Positions 21,820-33,636 of a stretch of 64,000 bases of DNA are shown here, piece by piece. The notes beneath the pieces are model-generated. The model searched no databases and was not told the DNA's origin. It saw only the letters and a list, made by a program, of their open reading frames with translations. The stretch lies in NCBI GenBank assembly GCA_965657355.1, contig CBFHOE010000002.1, positions 288,001 to 352,000 on the forward strand. The letters are read 5' to 3'. Numbering within the stretch: the stretch's first letter is position 1; each line of letters begins with the position of its first letter. The translations under genes were made by a program, and so were the position numbers. The stretch comes from Limisphaerales bacterium. Its GTDB lineage: Bacteria > Verrucomicrobiota > Verrucomicrobiia > Limisphaerales > JAJOIW01.

Positions 21820-24800
21820 CTATCCGACGAGTTTATCAAGAGGATCTACCTTTTCAGACTCAAATTCCTGCTCAGTTTCCACCTGAGGTATATCTAATTT
21901 GAGATCACGGTGTTCGGGGAAACCTGTTCCAGCAGGGATGATATGTCCCATGATAACATTCTCTTTAAACCCTTTCAGGAAGTCTACTTTACCAAGCGTC
22001 GCGGCTTCTGTGAGAACTCGCGTAGTGTCCTGGAACGAAGCCGCCGAGAGGAAACTTTCTGTCTCAAGTGAGGCTTTGGTGATACCCAAAAGAACTGGGG
22101 AAGCCTCCGCTGGATCTCCACCCATTTCTTCGACCCTACGATTTTCTCTATCGAAAGCAATTCTATCAATCTGCTCACCCCATAAGAAAGGAGTATCTCC
22201 GGGCTCTGTGATTCTTACTTTTCTGAGCATTTGGCGGATAATAATTTCGATGTGCTTGTCGTTAATAGTCACACCTTGAAGGCGATAAACTTCTTGGACT
22301 TCATTGACCAAGTGCTCTTGAAGTTCATGTGGGCCACAAACCTCGAGAATCTCATGCGGAACTACTGGACCTTCAGTCAACTGTTGCCCTTTGTGAACAT
22401 AATCCCCCTTAAAGACGATGACATGCTTTGAAATCTGAACGAGATGTTCTTCCTCCTGCCCAGTATTTGGGTCGCGTATTATGATACAGCGCTTACCCCG
22501 AACGCTTGGCCCGAAATCGACAATACCGTCAATCTTCGAGATTTCCGCCGCATCCTTGGGACGCCGGGCTTCGAAAAGTTCGGCCACACGAGGAAGACCA
22601 CCAGTGATGTCCTTTGTCTTGGATGACTTTCTTGGTGTTTTTGCAAGAAGCGTTCCCGCCGGGACTTTATCTCCCTCATGCACCACAATGTAAGCGCCTG
22701 AAGGGATGGGGTAGCTCGCCAAGGTTTCACCTTTGTTATCGGAAATGATGACTTGTGGATGTAAGTCTTCTTTGTGGTCAATAACAACAACAGCCTCTTG
22801 GGATGTCTGTTGATCCATTTCCTGGACCATAGTAACCCCTTCGATAATATCATGGAATCGAATTGTCCCTGATTTTTCAGTCAAGATTGGAACGTTGTGA
22901 GGATCCCACTCAACAAAAGTTTGCCCTTTGGCGACTGTTCCGCCATCAGGAACGTAAATCACGGAGCCTATGACTATATTGTGTTCCTCTATAACATTGT
23001 CCTTCTCATCAAGGATTGAAATTCCGCCGTTTTTGTTGAGCACAATGAAAGTATTCTCCTCGAGCTCAACCGTTTTTAAGCTTTGGTATTTGACTGTTCC
23101 ACCAAATTTGGAAGCAATTTCCGGTTGCTTGAAGACACCAGCTGCTACACCACCAACGTGGAATGTTCTCATAGTCAACTGAGTTCCAGGCTCCCCAATA
23201 GACTGCGCAGCAACAATACCTACAGCTTCCCCAAGTTTAACTGGGTCACCAGTAGCAAGATTCCTACCGTAGCATTTCACGCAAATTCCTTCCTGGCTCT
23301 CGCATGTGAGGACAGAGCGGATTTTTACTTTTTCGACTCCTGCGTCATCGATAGCGTTCGCTTTGACTTCGTCAATTTCTTCGTTTGCAGCGACCAGAAG
23401 GTGGCTCGCATCTGTTGGATCGTATACATCTTCACAACTGGAGCGGCCGACGAGGCGTTCGCTGATTTTAACAACCTCTTCTTCCCCTTCCCATATTGGC
23501 TGTACCCAAATGCCATTCGAAGTTCCACAGTCGTGATCGCGAATAATGACGTCTTGTGCAACATCAACGAGCTTTCTGGTCATATAACCAGAATCAGCAG
23601 TCTTGAGAGCGGTATCAGCAAGACCCTTACGGGCTCCGTGAGTTGAGATAAAGTATTCGAGGACAGAAAGACCTTCGCGGAAGGAAGCTAGAATTGGTTT
23701 CTCAATAATATCACCCGAAGGTTTTGCCATCAAGCCGCGCAAACCTGCAAGCTGCCTCACCTGGGATTTGTTACCTCTAGCTCCAGAGTCAACCATGACG
23801 TGGACTGGGTTGTAATCTTTCTTACCACGGTTTGTGGCTAAGGTTGCCAGCATGACATTAGCGATTTGATCCGTACAATTCGTCCATATGTCGATGATTT
23901 TGTTGTATCTTTCTCGGCCAGTGATAACACCTCTCCGATATTGCTTTTCAACTTGCTGGATAAGCTTCTGAGCTTCGGAAATTTCTTTGGCTTTTTCGCT
24001 TGGGATGACCATGTCATCAATACCAATAGAACAACCTGAGCGGGTCGCCTCTCTGAACCCAAGCTCTTTCAACCTATCAAGAGCTTCGATTGTTTCTTGA
24101 TGACCACATATTTTGTAGCAGCGGTATATAAAATCCCCAACCTTACCTTTACTCATGGTTTCATTGGAGTAACCCAGCTCATCTGGCCAAATGCTGTTAA
24201 AGATCACCCGACCTACAGTTGTTTTGATGACCTTGTCCTCTTTGTTACCGTAGTAAGTGTCTTTTCCAAAATCAGGATTCTTAAGCCTGATCCAATCGTG
24301 GATGCCGAGAGAACCGTCGTCCAAGGTGTAAAAAATATCATTGTGATCATCAAAAAGAGGCACATGTTTTTCCTCTTCTTGCCCCTCGATTACGCGAGGA
24401 GGCAATGTCACGTAGTAACATCCCAAAGCCACATCTTGGGAAGGGGTCATGATAGGCTTTCCATTCGATGGGTTGAAGATGTTATTAGTGGAAAGCATAA
24501 AATAGCGAGCCTCCATCTGAGCCTCGATACATAGCGGAACATGCACAGCCATCTGATCACCGTCAAAGTCGGCGTTATAGGCCGTACAAACTAATGGGTG
24601 TATTCTAATGGCCTCACCCTCGATGAGTGTCGGCTCGAATGCCTGAATTGAAAGTCTATGAAGAGTCGGGGCTCTATTGAGCATAACTGGGTGGCCCTTA
24701 GTGACGTCTTCCAGGATGTCCCAAACTTCGGGCGCTTGCCTTTCAATCATCTTCTTGGCGGAACGCACTGTATGAACATAGCCGAGTTCCTTGAGCCTTC

Positions 24801-25959
24801 TTATGATAAAGGGTTCGAAAAGGACAAGAGCCATTTTCTTGGGCAACCCACATTGGTTGAGCTTGAGTTCCGGCCCGATAACAATGACCGATCTTCCTGA
24901 ATAATCGACTCGCTTACCTAACAAGTTCTGTCTGAAACGGCCACTTTTGCCTTTGAGCATGTCACTCAATGATTTGAGCGGACGGTTTCCTGCACCCGTT
25001 ACAGCACGACCATGACGACCATTGTCGAATAAAGCATCCACCGCCTCTTGCAGCATACGTTTTTCATTTCGGATAATCACCTCGGGGGTTTTTAGCTGCA
25101 GAAGGTTTTTGAGACGGTTATTTCGATTGATAACCCTTCTGTAAAGATCGTTGAGATCGGATGTCGCGAATCTCCCACCTTCTAGCGGCACAAGCGGACG
25201 AAGGTCTGGAGGAATGACAGGCAATACTGTCAATACCATCCATTCTGGACGCGTCATCGACGTAAGGAATCCCTGAACAAGTTTGATGCGTTTTGAAAGC
25301 TTCTTCCGAATTTGCTTACTACGGGTTTCCTGCATAGCGTCCTGTAAAGAATCGACCAAGGATTCGAGATCGATTTTTGCAAGAGCATCATGAACAGCTT
25401 CAGCACCCATTAATGCTGTAAATGAATCTGGCCCATAGCTGTCTTGGGCTTCCCGGTATTCGGTCTCAGTAAGTATCTGATTTTTGACAAGAGGCGTGTT
25501 CCCCGGATCAATGACTAAATAATCTTCATAGTAAATGACCCTTTCCAGGTTTCTTGCTGTCATGTCCAACATCAAACCAAGACGAGAGGGCATACATTTA
25601 AAAAACCAAATATGCGAGACCGGGACTGCCAACTCTATATGCCCCATGCGTTCTCTGCGAACCCTGGAAAGTGTCACTTCGACACCGCATCGGTCACAAA
25701 TGACACCCCTGTGTTTGATTCTCTTGTATTTACCACAAGAGCATTCCCAGTCTTTTACTGGGCCAAAGATGCGCTCACAAAAAAGGCCACCTTTTTCTGG
25801 TTTGAACGTTCGATAGTTGATTGTCTCGGGATTCTTAACTTCCCCTTTCGACCAGGATCGAATGGTTTCAGGTGAAGAAAGAGTGATGCGGATTGAATTA
25901 ACCGCATTCACTTTGTCCAGGCCAAGCAATTCTCGAGCAGTTTCGCGGGTAGATATCAT
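21820..25959 (-). CDS. rpoC: RNA polymerase beta' subunit
   Basis: CSCGK...CDRCG zinc site, catalytic [29 protein letters not shown]. Confidence 0.99.
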   Translation of the reverse strand: MISTRETARELLGLDKVNAVNSIRITLSSPETIRSWSKGEVKNPETINYRTFKPEKGGLFCERIFGPVKDWECSCGKYKRIKHRGVICDRCGVEVTLSRVRRERMGHIELAVPVSHIWFFKCMPSRLGLMLDMTARNLERVIYYEDYLVIDPGNTPLVKNQILTETEYREAQDSYGPDSFTALMGAEAVHDALAKIDLESLVDSLQDAMQETRSKQIRKKLSKRIKLVQGFLTSMTRPEWMVLTVLPVIPPDLRPLVPLEGGRFATSDLNDLYRRVINRNNRLKNLLQLKTPEVIIRNEKRMLQEAVDALFDNGRHGRAVTGAGNRPLKSLSDMLKGKSGRFRQNLLGKRVDYSGRSVIVIGPELKLNQCGLPKKMALVLFEPFIIRRLKELGYVHTVRSAKKMIERQAPEVWDILEDVTKGHPVMLNRAPTLHRLSIQAFEPTLIEGEAIRIHPLVCTAYNADFDGDQMAVHVPLCIEAQMEARYFMLSTNNIFNPSNGKPIMTPSQDVALGCYYVTLPPRVIEGQEEEKHVPLFDDHNDIFYTLDDGSLGIHDWIRLKNPDFGKDTYYGNKEDKVIKTTVGRVIFNSIWPDELGYSNETMSKGKVGDFIYRCYKICGHQETIEALDRLKELGFREATRSGCSIGIDDMVIPSEKAKEISEAQKLIQQVEKQYRRGVITGRERYNKIIDIWTNCTDQIANVMLATLATNRGKKDYNPVHVMVDSGARGNKSQVRQLAGLRGLMAKPSGDIIEKPILASFREGLSVLEYFISTHGARKGLADTALKTADSGYMTRKLVDVAQDVIIRDHDCGTSNGIWVQPIWEGEEEVVKISERLVGRSSCEDVYDPTDASHLLVAANEEIDEVKANAIDDAGVEKVKIRSVLTCESQEGICVKCYGRNLATGDPVKLGEAVGIVAAQSIGEPGTQLTMRTFHVGGVAAGVFKQPEIASKFGGTVKYQSLKTVELEENTFIVLNKNGGISILDEKDNVIEEHNIVIGSVIYVPDGGTVAKGQTFVEWDPHNVPILTEKSGTIRFHDIIEGVTMVQEMDQQTSQEAVVVIDHKEDLHPQVIISDNKGETLASYPIPSGAYIVVHEGDKVPAGTLLAKTPRKSSKTKDITGGLPRVAELFEARRPKDAAEISKIDGIVDFGPSVRGKRCIIIRDPNTGQEEEHLVQISKHVIVFKGDYVHKGQQLTEGPVVPHEILEVCGPHELQEHLVNEVQEVYRLQGVTINDKHIEIIIRQMLRKVRITEPGDTPFLWGEQIDRIAFDRENRRVEEMGGDPAEASPVLLGITKASLETESFLSAASFQDTTRVLTEAATLGKVDFLKGFKENVIMGHIIPAGTGFPEHRDLKLDIPQVETEQEFESEKVDPLDKLVG

Positions 25960-26032
25960 ATGTCTAATTTAAATTGTTTTTGTGTGGCCGGCCCCAGACG
26001 ATTGGGAAGCCGGCATGTTAAGTGACTTGGAT

Positions 26033-29000
26033 TTAGATGTCTGCAAATGAGGCCGGCTGAAAGTCTTCGGCGTCCTCCCCTTCTGTGTAACCAACGGTAA
26101 TGTTAAGCCCTAATGACTGCATTTCTTTCACAAGGACGTTAAATGATTCTGGCACACCCGCGTCCAGAGAGTTGTCGCCTTTGACTATACTCTCGTATAT
26201 CCGAGTTCGTCCTTGGACGTCGTCAGATTTCACAGTGAGAAGCTCCTGCAAAGTGTAGGCGGCACCGTAGGCTTCCATTGCCCAGACTTCCATTTCTCCG
26301 AATCTCTGACCACCGTATTGGGCTTTACCTCCAAGGGGCTGCTGAGTAACCAATGAGTAAGGACCAACGGCCCTGGCATGAATTTTGTCGGCGACCAAGT
26401 GGCCTAACTTGATGATGTATTTGTATCCAACCACAGTTTCCTGTTCAAAAAACTCACCCGTGCGGCCATCGATGAGTTTTGTTTTACCATGTTCAGGTAA
26501 GCCCGCTTCTTTTAGAAATTCCCGGATCTTGCTTTCTGGAATACCGTCAAATACAGGTGTGGCGAAATACATACCCAGGGTAGATGCCGCCCACCCCAAG
26601 TGGGTTTCAAGCAGCTGCCCGACATTCATTCGAGATGGAACCCCTAGAGGGTTGAGGATGATATCGACTGGAGTCCCGTTTTCGAGGAAAGGCATGTCTT
26701 CTTCGGGAACGATTGTAGCTACGACACCTTTGTTACCGTGCCGCCCTGCCATTTTATCTCCAACAGAAAGTTTTCTTTTCGAAGCGATATAGACTTTGAC
26801 GGACTTAATGACTCCTGGGTCCACATCGTCGCCAGCCTCGAATCTCTCCATCTCGTCATCGAATTGCATTTGGAGGTCATCAAACTTTTTCTTAAAGCTA
26901 GAGATGATCTCATTTATTTTATTGCGAATAGGAGATGGATCTATCTCGATTCGATCATAAACGGCGCTAAGTTTACGCAGTAAAGTTTTAGTTATCTTCC
27001 TGTTTGCAGGAATTATGATTTCACCGGTTTCGGAATTGACAACGTCTAAAGGAATTTTTTCACCTAAGAGAATATTACTCAAGGCTTCGGTAAGTTGCTC
27101 CCTGAGTTCTTCGACCTTCCCTTTGTTTTCTTCCTCTATTTGCTTTGCTTGTTTTTTGGAATCAGATTTAGCAGTCCTAGCTCCAATACCTCTTTCTGAT
27201 TCTTTCTTTGAGGAAACTTTAACATCCATTATGATGCCATAAACTCCCGATGGCACCTTGAGAGAGGTATCTTTGACGTCGGCAGCCTTTTCACCAAAGA
27301 TCGCTCTCAGCAATCTTTCTTCAGGTGCAAGCTCAGTTTCGCTTTTAGGGGTGATTTTACCAACGAGGATATCCCCAGGTTTGACTTCTGCCCCCACACG
27401 GATGACGCCATCTGCACCCAGGTTTCTCAGTGCTTCCTCACCAAGGTTTGGAATGTCCCTTGTGATTTCTTCAGGGCCAAGTTTTGTGTCGCGCGCACCG
27501 ACCTCGTATTCGTCAATATGAATAGAAGTGTAGACGTCGTCTTTAACAATTCTCTGGCTGATTATTATGGCATCTTCAAAGTTGTAACCCTGCCAAGGCA
27601 TGTATGCAGCCAAAACGTTTCGCCCCAAGGCAAGCTCTCCGCCTTCGGTCGATGGACCGTCGGCAATAAGATCGCCTTTGTTAATTTTTTGTCCCTTTTC
27701 GACGACGACCTGCTGATTGATACAAGTCGCAGCGTTGGAACGCATAAATTTACGTATTTTATAAACATTAACGCCTTCTTTGGGGTTATGTTTTATGCGT
27801 CTTTTGGTTTCAGGAAGCTCACCATTATCGGTGATGATAACCTGACCTCCGGTCACAGATGCGACCGTCCCTTCGCACTCGGATAAAACAACAGCTCGAC
27901 TGTCACGTGCCACCTTCTTTTCGACGCCGGTAGCAACGTATGGAGCGTCGGTTACGAGTAAAGGAACAGCCTGGCGTTGCATGTTTGATCCCATTAATGC
28001 TCTGTTAGCATCATCATGCTCTAGGAAAGGAATCAAACTTGCTGCCACAGAAACCAGTTGTTTAGGTGAAACATCCATGTAGTCCACCTTTTCTTTTTCG
28101 ACGTCTATGAAATCCCCTTTGCGTCTGCACGTGACATAATCACTTGTGAAATTCCCTTTTTCGTCATGAGCCACGTTCGCCTGAGCGACGATAAAGTTCT
28201 CTTCGCGGTCCGCTGTGAGATATTCGATTTCATCAGAAACTCGCCCTTTAGTGACGACACGATAAGGAGTTTCAATAAATCCAAAGTCGTTGATGCGAGC
28301 GAAACTAGCCAATGATGCTATAAGCCCAATGTTAGGACCTTCAGGAGTTTCAATAGGACAAATTCTCCCGTAGTGAGACGGGTGAACGTCACGGACTTCA
28401 AAACCTGCTCTATCTCTTGAAAGACCTCCTGGCCCGAGAGCAGAGAGACGTCTTTTATGAGTTAACTCAGCCAGAGGGTTTATTTGGTCCATAAACTGAG
28501 ACAGCTGAGAGCGTCCAAAGAAATCTCGGATGACAGCAGACAGAGCTTTGGGGTTGATCAGCTTCTGCGGTGTCATTGTGTCAGTGGTCTGATCGAAGAG
28601 GGTCATTCTTTCTTTGACCAATCTTTCGGTACGGGCAAGACCCACACGGCACTGATTAGCCAATAATTCACCAACGGTTCTGACGCGCCGGCTGCCCAAG
28701 TGGTCGATGTCATCCAACATGCCGTCGCCCATCTTGAGCTTTAATAAATACTTGGTGGCTGCTACCAAATCTTCCCTGGCAAGAACACGGTGCTCCAAGC
28801 TCTGGTCGATGCCTAGCTTTTGATTTATTTTGTAGCGACCTACACGGCCAAGATCATATCTTTTTGGATCGAAAAAGAGTCGCTTGATAAGAGCTTTTGC
28901 GTTTGCGGGAGTTGGAGGGTCGCCCGGTCTTAAACGACGATAAATATCTTTGAGAGCCTCTTCTTCGTTGGACGTTGGGTCTTTCTTGAGACATTTTACA

Positions 29001-29875
29001 ATAATCCCATCATCAATAGTGGTATCTATAGCTTTTAGTTTTTTGATACCAAGGTCAGCTATCTGCTTGACAATAGCTTTTGATAGAGGTTCGAAGCCTC
29101 GTGCAATGACGGTGTCGTTGTCGGGATCAACAACGTCTTCGACGAGAACCATGGATCCTATCTCATCCATTTTTTGAAGGGCTGAGATTGAAAGGTCCTT
29201 TATATCGTAAAATTCTTTTAATATTTCCTCATCAGAGCCTGTTCCTTTTCCATCGAGAAATACAAGAGCTCTAAAAAATGTGGTTACGAGAAACTTTCTT
29301 CTGCGCTTTTTACGATCCAAATAGACGTAGAGCATGTCACTTGTATCGAATTGGGCTTCGAACCATGACCCTCTGTCAGGAATAATCCTGAAGCTGTGCA
29401 AAGTTTTTCCATTGGCATGAAGCGACGCTTCGAAGGCCAATCCTGGAGATCTGTGGAGCTGACTAACAATGACGCGCTCCGCGCCATTAATAACGAAAGT
29501 CCCCTGAGGAGTCATGAGTGGAAGCTCACCCATGAAGACCTTTTCTTCTTTGACTCCTGATTCGTCTTTGAGATGGAAGGTGACGTGGAGTGGAGCGCCG
29601 TATGTCAGGCCCTCGCGGAGGCACTCGAGCCAGTCATATTTGGGGTCACCAATTTCATAACTGTGGTAATCAAGAACGATCTTGCCATCGTAACTTTCCA
29701 CTGGGAAAACTTCGGCAAAGACTGCCTGAAGCCCCACATTTTGACGTTCTGAAACGGGGACTCCTTCTTGGATGAACTCATCATAGGATTTGAGTTGAAG
29801 TTCTATGAGGTTTGGCGGAGAAATGGTTTCCTGGATCTTAGCAAAGTTAACTCTTTCGTGGGTTCTTGATCGCAT
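26033..29875 (-). CDS. rpoB: RNA polymerase beta subunit
   Basis: [54 protein letters not shown]. Confidence 0.99.
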   Translation of the reverse strand: MRSRTHERVNFAKIQETISPPNLIELQLKSYDEFIQEGVPVSERQNVGLQAVFAEVFPVESYDGKIVLDYHSYEIGDPKYDWLECLREGLTYGAPLHVTFHLKDESGVKEEKVFMGELPLMTPQGTFVINGAERVIVSQLHRSPGLAFEASLHANGKTLHSFRIIPDRGSWFEAQFDTSDMLYVYLDRKKRRRKFLVTTFFRALVFLDGKGTGSDEEILKEFYDIKDLSISALQKMDEIGSMVLVEDVVDPDNDTVIARGFEPLSKAIVKQIADLGIKKLKAIDTTIDDGIIVKCLKKDPTSNEEEALKDIYRRLRPGDPPTPANAKALIKRLFFDPKRYDLGRVGRYKINQKLGIDQSLEHRVLAREDLVAATKYLLKLKMGDGMLDDIDHLGSRRVRTVGELLANQCRVGLARTERLVKERMTLFDQTTDTMTPQKLINPKALSAVIRDFFGRSQLSQFMDQINPLAELTHKRRLSALGPGGLSRDRAGFEVRDVHPSHYGRICPIETPEGPNIGLIASLASFARINDFGFIETPYRVVTKGRVSDEIEYLTADREENFIVAQANVAHDEKGNFTSDYVTCRRKGDFIDVEKEKVDYMDVSPKQLVSVAASLIPFLEHDDANRALMGSNMQRQAVPLLVTDAPYVATGVEKKVARDSRAVVLSECEGTVASVTGGQVIITDNGELPETKRRIKHNPKEGVNVYKIRKFMRSNAATCINQQVVVEKGQKINKGDLIADGPSTEGGELALGRNVLAAYMPWQGYNFEDAIIISQRIVKDDVYTSIHIDEYEVGARDTKLGPEEITRDIPNLGEEALRNLGADGVIRVGAEVKPGDILVGKITPKSETELAPEERLLRAIFGEKAADVKDTSLKVPSGVYGIIMDVKVSSKKESERGIGARTAKSDSKKQAKQIEEENKGKVEELREQLTEALSNILLGEKIPLDVVNSETGEIIIPANRKITKTLLRKLSAVYDRIEIDPSPIRNKINEIISSFKKKFDDLQMQFDDEMERFEAGDDVDPGVIKSVKVYIASKRKLSVGDKMAGRHGNKGVVATIVPEEDMPFLENGTPVDIILNPLGVPSRMNVGQLLETHLGWAASTLGMYFATPVFDGIPESKIREFLKEAGLPEHGKTKLIDGRTGEFFEQETVVGYKYIIKLGHLVADKIHARAVGPYSLVTQQPLGGKAQYGGQRFGEMEVWAMEAYGAAYTLQELLTVKSDDVQGRTRIYESIVKGDNSLDAGVPESFNVLVKEMQSLGLNITVGYTEGEDAEDFQPASFADI

Positions 29876-29930
29876 TAGGAAGATAAATTTATATTAGCCT
29901 GGTATTTATATCAAAAAAATTCAATAAAGC

Positions 29931-30022
29931 AAGTCCTCAGGGTTGAAACTGAGGACTTTTGTTAAAATTTGGAAAAAACACAAGCTTACAAGCTTGTTCT
30001 GAAGCTGAGCAGAAGCCCAGCT
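29931..30022 (-). terminator. Attenuator/terminator hairpins between rplL and rpoB
   Basis: Three stems on the minus strand: AGCTGGGC/GCTCAGCT (30022-30003), ACAAGCT/AGCTTGT plus T-run (29997-29973), and AAGTCCTCAG/CTGAGGACTT (29958-29931). Analogous to the known rplL-rpoB attenuator. Confidence 0.7.
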
Positions 30023-30029
30023 GGGTCGA

Positions 30030-30413
30030 TTACTTAACTTCGACGGTTGCTCCAGCTTCCTCGAGCGCCTTTTTAGCTGCTTCAGCTTCATCTTTGGAAA
30101 CTGCTTCAAGGAGCGGTTTAGGAGCGCCTTCGACAAGAGCTTTAGCGTCGGCAAGACCGAGCCCAGATTTAATTCCACGGACTGCTTTGATACAAGCAAT
30201 CTTCTTATCCGCCGGAGCAGACGCGAGAATCACATCGAATTCAGTCTTTTCTTCAGCAGGTGCTGCGTCTCCGCCTCCACCAGCTGCCGCAGCAACGGCA
30301 ACAGGAGCAGCGGCTGTCACGCCCCACGCATCTTCCAGTTTCTTAACAAGTTCAGCTGCGTCTAATACGCTTAGCTGACCCAACTCTTCTACTATTTTAT
30401 CTAAGTCTGCCAT
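30030..30413 (-). CDS. rplL: 50S ribosomal protein L7/L12
   Basis: [10 protein letters not shown] hinge, [27 protein letters not shown]. Confidence 0.99.
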   Translation of the reverse strand: MADLDKIVEELGQLSVLDAAELVKKLEDAWGVTAAAPVAVAAAAGGGGDAAPAEEKTEFDVILASAPADKKIACIKAVRGIKSGLGLADAKALVEGAPKPLLEAVSKDEAEAAKKALEEAGATVEVK

Positions 30414-30604
30414 TTTATTTATGGACGTTGCCCCAGTTGATCCCGGGAATTAAGCCTAAATTTAGGCCAACGAATTAACTTAAGGGTTTATGGTTATTTT
30501 GAATTACCGGGTTTCAGAAAAAGAAATCGCCGGTAAAAGTTTAAAATTTTGTGGTTCAACTGCTCTGGCGCAATGCACCGTCACAATAAGTTGCTGGGTT
30601 TTGG

Positions 30605-31117
30605 TTATTCCCCTTTATCTGCTTTGGATTTAATAACCTGGGCAAGTTGAGTTCCCGGTGTTCCTATGATCCGAGCGAGGTTACCTGCTGGAGCTTGGAG
30701 AGCGCCAAGCAATTTGGCTCTTAGAACATCCAAGGACGGAAGATCTGCGATTGCGTTCACTTCGTTTGCTTCCAGCCTTTCCGAGTCGAGGTAACCAAAC
30801 TTAATTTCTGGCTTTTCGAATTCTGAGGCAAATGTTTTGACTACTTTCGCAGCTGCCGCAAATTCACCTTTACCAGTGACGACAGCGAGTTGGCCAGCCA
30901 TTTCATCTTTCAGGTCTTCGGCACCAACTTGGGCGGCTGTGACAGCGAAGATCTTATTTTTCACAACGTGAATCTCGGCATCAACTTCTCGAAGTTTATC
31001 ACGCAAGTCACCGAAAGGACCCATTTTTAATCCGTGATAGTCGGCAACAATGAAGAAAGGTGACGACTCGAGTCTCTCTAAATATTCTTGGCTTATGTAT
31101 TTCTTTTCTTCTCTCAT
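30605..31117 (-). CDS. rplJ: 50S ribosomal protein L10
   Basis: DYHGL, VVKN, LPSLDVLRAKLLG; lies between rplA and rplL. Confidence 0.97.
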   Translation of the reverse strand: MREEKKYISQEYLERLESSPFFIVADYHGLKMGPFGDLRDKLREVDAEIHVVKNKIFAVTAAQVGAEDLKDEMAGQLAVVTGKGEFAAAAKVVKTFASEFEKPEIKFGYLDSERLEANEVNAIADLPSLDVLRAKLLGALQAPAGNLARIIGTPGTQLAQVIKSKADKGE

Positions 31118-31144
31118 TTTTTGGTCTGTTGAGGTTCTAGGGGA

Positions 31145-31861
31145 TTAGACAGCTGTGGTAGCAGCCTCTTTCAGATCTACCCTTACAGATGGACTCATTG
31201 TTCCGGAAAGTACGATACTTTTGATGTAAGTTCCTTTAACACCGGGCGGCTTTGCCTTTGCTAAAGTCGAAATCACCTGGCTGGCATTTTCGAGTATTTT
31301 TTCACTATCAAAAGAAACTTTGCCTACAGGTACGTGCAGATTTGAGCACTTATCGACTTTATATTCTATTCGGCCTGCTTTTAATTCATTAACAGCTTTA
31401 GCTGTGTCGTCAGTGACAGTGCCGGTTTTTGGGTTGGGCATGAGGCCTCTTGGACCAAGAACACGACCCAATTTTCTGACTTCAACCATGGCGTCAGGAG
31501 TTGCAACCGCAACATCGAAACCGACCCAACCGCCGGTCACTTTCTCAATGTATTCTTCAAATCCGACAAATTCAGCCCCAGCTTCTCTCGCTGCATCAGC
31601 CGATGGGCCTTCTTTTGAAAATACCAAGACTTTAACAGTTTTTCCGCTGCCGTGCGGCAAGGCCACTGTGCCTCTGACCATCTGGTCAGATTGTCTGGGA
31701 TCCACGCCTAATTGGAAGTGTAGATCAACAGTTTCATCGAATTTAGCCTTGGGAAAGTTTCCAAGGAGATCGACAGCTTCCTTGAGAGAATAGAGTTTTG
31801 TCTGATCTATTAACTCAAGCGCTTTCCTATATCTTTTGCTATGTTTTTTTTCTTTTGGCAT
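31145..31861 (-). CDS. rplA: 50S ribosomal protein L1
   Basis: KFDETVD, DQMVRG, LPHGSGK, LGPRGLMPNPKTGTV. Confidence 0.99.
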   Translation of the reverse strand: MPKEKKHSKRYRKALELIDQTKLYSLKEAVDLLGNFPKAKFDETVDLHFQLGVDPRQSDQMVRGTVALPHGSGKTVKVLVFSKEGPSADAAREAGAEFVGFEEYIEKVTGGWVGFDVAVATPDAMVEVRKLGRVLGPRGLMPNPKTGTVTDDTAKAVNELKAGRIEYKVDKCSNLHVPVGKVSFDSEKILENASQVISTLAKAKPPGVKGTYIKSIVLSGTMSPSVRVDLKEAATTAV

Positions 31862-31868
31862 ATCTGAG

Positions 31869-31898
31869 CGGTGTTAACGGACGTTTTAGGCCCTCCCG
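31869..31898 (-). promoter_or_regulatory. Probable L1-binding autoregulatory mRNA site in the rplK-rplA spacer
   Basis: Minus strand CGGGAGGGC-ctaaaac-GTCCGTTAACACCG: two helices around an asymmetric GGAG/GTTAA-type internal loop, directly before the rplA ATG. This matches the known L1 target architecture. Confidence 0.7.
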
Positions 31899-31938
31899 AT
31901 CTTGGGAAATTATATGGTGTTTTTAATTGAGAGCGAAA

Positions 31939-32364
31939 TTATCCTTCGACTTCAACCCCCATACTTCTGGCGGTGCCTGCGATGATGCGAATCGCCGCTT
32001 CCTCACTGGCAGCATTGAGATCTTTTTCTTTTATTTTGACAATCTCCAGAATTTGCTCACGAGTGATCTTTCCAACTTTATGAGTGTTTGGAGTGGCAGA
32101 CCCCGAAGCCAAACCTGCTGCCTTTTTGATGAGAACAGGTGCTGGTGGGGATTTGGTGATGAAAGTAAAAGATTTATCCTGAAAGACACTGATGACAACA
32201 GGGATTACCATACCTGCCTGTTCTTTTGTGCGTGCATTAAATTCTTTACAGAAACCCATGATGTTCACACCGTGTTGACCGAGAGCTGGCCCGACAGGTG
32301 GGGATGGATTTGCCTGTCCTGCAGGGATCTGTAGTCTGATATATCCAGTTATTTTTTTAGCCAT
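31939..32364 (-). CDS. rplK: 50S ribosomal protein L11
   Basis: [34 protein letters not shown]. Confidence 0.99.
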   Translation of the reverse strand: MAKKITGYIRLQIPAGQANPSPPVGPALGQHGVNIMGFCKEFNARTKEQAGMVIPVVISVFQDKSFTFITKSPPAPVLIKKAAGLASGSATPNTHKVGKITREQILEIVKIKEKDLNAASEEAAIRIIAGTARSMGVEVEG

Positions 32365-32381
32365 TTGCTTAAATTATTAAA

Positions 32382-32933
32382 TTAAGATGTTTTTTCTACT
32401 TGCCAGTATTCGAGTTCCACAGGTGTGTTTCGACCAAAGATACTCACTTGGACTTTGAGCTTTCCTTTTTCAGCATCCACCTCTTCGATAGTCCCATTGT
32501 TCCCAAGGAACGGGCCATCGTTAATTTTGATAATTTCATTGGTTTCGAAATTAACTTTAGGCTTTTCGACATCGTCATCATCGCTAATCTGAGATTTAAT
32601 AGCCTCAATCTCAGCATCAGGTGTTGGGGATGGGTGATCCCCGCCCACAAAACCAATGAGGCCTTGCGTTTCTCTCAAGAAATACCACGGCCTGTCGCGC
32701 AGACGCTTGTTATCATCATAGAGATCGACTGAAATGAAGGCGTAGCCGGGATAAAGTTTTCGGTTTGTGACTATCTTTTTGCCATTTTTGACCTCAGCCA
32801 CCCTTTCAATAGGCACGAGGACCTCCTCGATAAACTCGGAGACTTCCTCAATGACCATTCGTTTTTCGATGCTCTCTTTGACCTTTGACTCCTGCCCGGA
32901 GAGGGTCTGCATTACGAACCATTGAAAAGGCAT
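32382..32933 (-). CDS. nusG: Transcription termination/antitermination factor NusG (start placed at ATG 32933)
   Basis: WFVMQTLSGQE, LYPGY, GFVG, KOW motif INDGPF, IFGRNTPVEL. Confidence 0.97.
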   Translation of the reverse strand: MPFQWFVMQTLSGQESKVKESIEKRMVIEEVSEFIEEVLVPIERVAEVKNGKKIVTNRKLYPGYAFISVDLYDDNKRLRDRPWYFLRETQGLIGFVGGDHPSPTPDAEIEAIKSQISDDDDVEKPKVNFETNEIIKINDGPFLGNNGTIEEVDAEKGKLKVQVSIFGRNTPVELEYWQVEKTS

Positions 32934-32985
32934 ATTATCTCTGTCTGGGTATAATTTATAGTTGTTATAAAATCTGCGGTTCCGA

Positions 32986-33258
32986 TTAGTTAAATAAACC
33001 AAGGAGTCCGGTAACGGAACCGTTGATTATAAAATCAACGACCACTGTGAATGTTGAAAGGATGAGAGTTGAAACGAAAACAACGGCTGTGTTTATTTTC
33101 AACTCGTCAGTCGTAGGCCACGTGCACTTCTTGAGTTCCATTTTGGTGAGCGCCACGTAATTTCTGAAGCGAGCGAGCTGCCCATTCTTCCACAGGACAC
33201 CAAGGATAATCGCTGCGATGACCGTCCATACGATAATTTTGATAATTTCAGGATCCAT
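32986..33258 (-). CDS. secE: Preprotein translocase subunit SecE (two predicted TM segments)
   Basis: ELKKCTWPT motif followed by a TM segment; upstream of nusG. Confidence 0.95.
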   Translation of the reverse strand: MDPEIIKIIVWTVIAAIILGVLWKNGQLARFRNYVALTKMELKKCTWPTTDELKINTAVVFVSTLILSTFTVVVDFIINGSVTGLLGLFN

Positions 33259-33295
33259 TCGATTTATTCCTCATCAACATATATTTAATTTTTAG

Positions 33296-33383
33296 TGGCG
33301 GAGGGAGAGGGATTCGAACCCCCGGTACCTTTCGGTACAATGGTTTTCAAGACCACCGCAATCGACCACTCTGCCATCCCTCC
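33296..33383 (-). tRNA. tRNA-Ser(TGA)
   Basis: GGAGGGATGGCAGAGTGGTCGATTGCGGTGGTC-TTGAAA-ACCAT, long variable arm, GGTTCGAATCC, encoded CCA; 88 nt. Confidence 0.97.
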
Positions 33384-33427
33384 GCAAAATTCTCTGTCTT
33401 AATCATCTACTGAGTGATCGGGACAAG

Positions 33428-33503
33428 TGGCAGGGCAGGAGGGAATCGAACCCCCAACCAATGGTTTTGGAGACCACTACTCTACCAATTGAGCTACTAC
33501 CCT
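33428..33503 (-). tRNA. tRNA-Trp(CCA)
   Basis: AGGGTAGTAGCTCAATTGGTAGAG...GTCTCCAAAAC...GGTTCGATTCC...CCTGCCA; 76 nt. Confidence 0.97.
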
Positions 33504-33525
33504 GTAAATCCCTTAAAATGACTAG

Positions 33526-33555
33526 AAAAAGAAAGCACGACACCGGCCGTGCTTT
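33526..33555 (-). terminator. Terminator-like hairpin between tuf and tRNA-Trp
   Basis: AAAGCACG-8 nt-CGTGCTTT followed by CTTTTT on the minus strand. Confidence 0.6.
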
Positions 33556-33636
33556 GGTCTTAGTTAAAATAAATTAATTTTCAAAAATTTGATTGAGCTG
33601 GGATTACCCAACTCAGGATTATGGATAACGAGTCTG

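Noticed and set aside
21820..29875. Inteins, introns or an rpoB-rpoC fusion
   Set aside because: Both ORFs are of ordinary length, are separated by a stop and a 73-nt spacer, and show no intein motifs.
32934..33002. N-terminal extension of nusG overlapping secE
   Set aside because: The NusG fold starts at MPFQWFV (ATG 32933); the upstream sequence is an AT-rich spacer.
33504..33636. Possible rpmG (L33) between tuf and tRNA-Trp
   Set aside because: The spacer is too short and contains only hairpins, with no L33-like frame.
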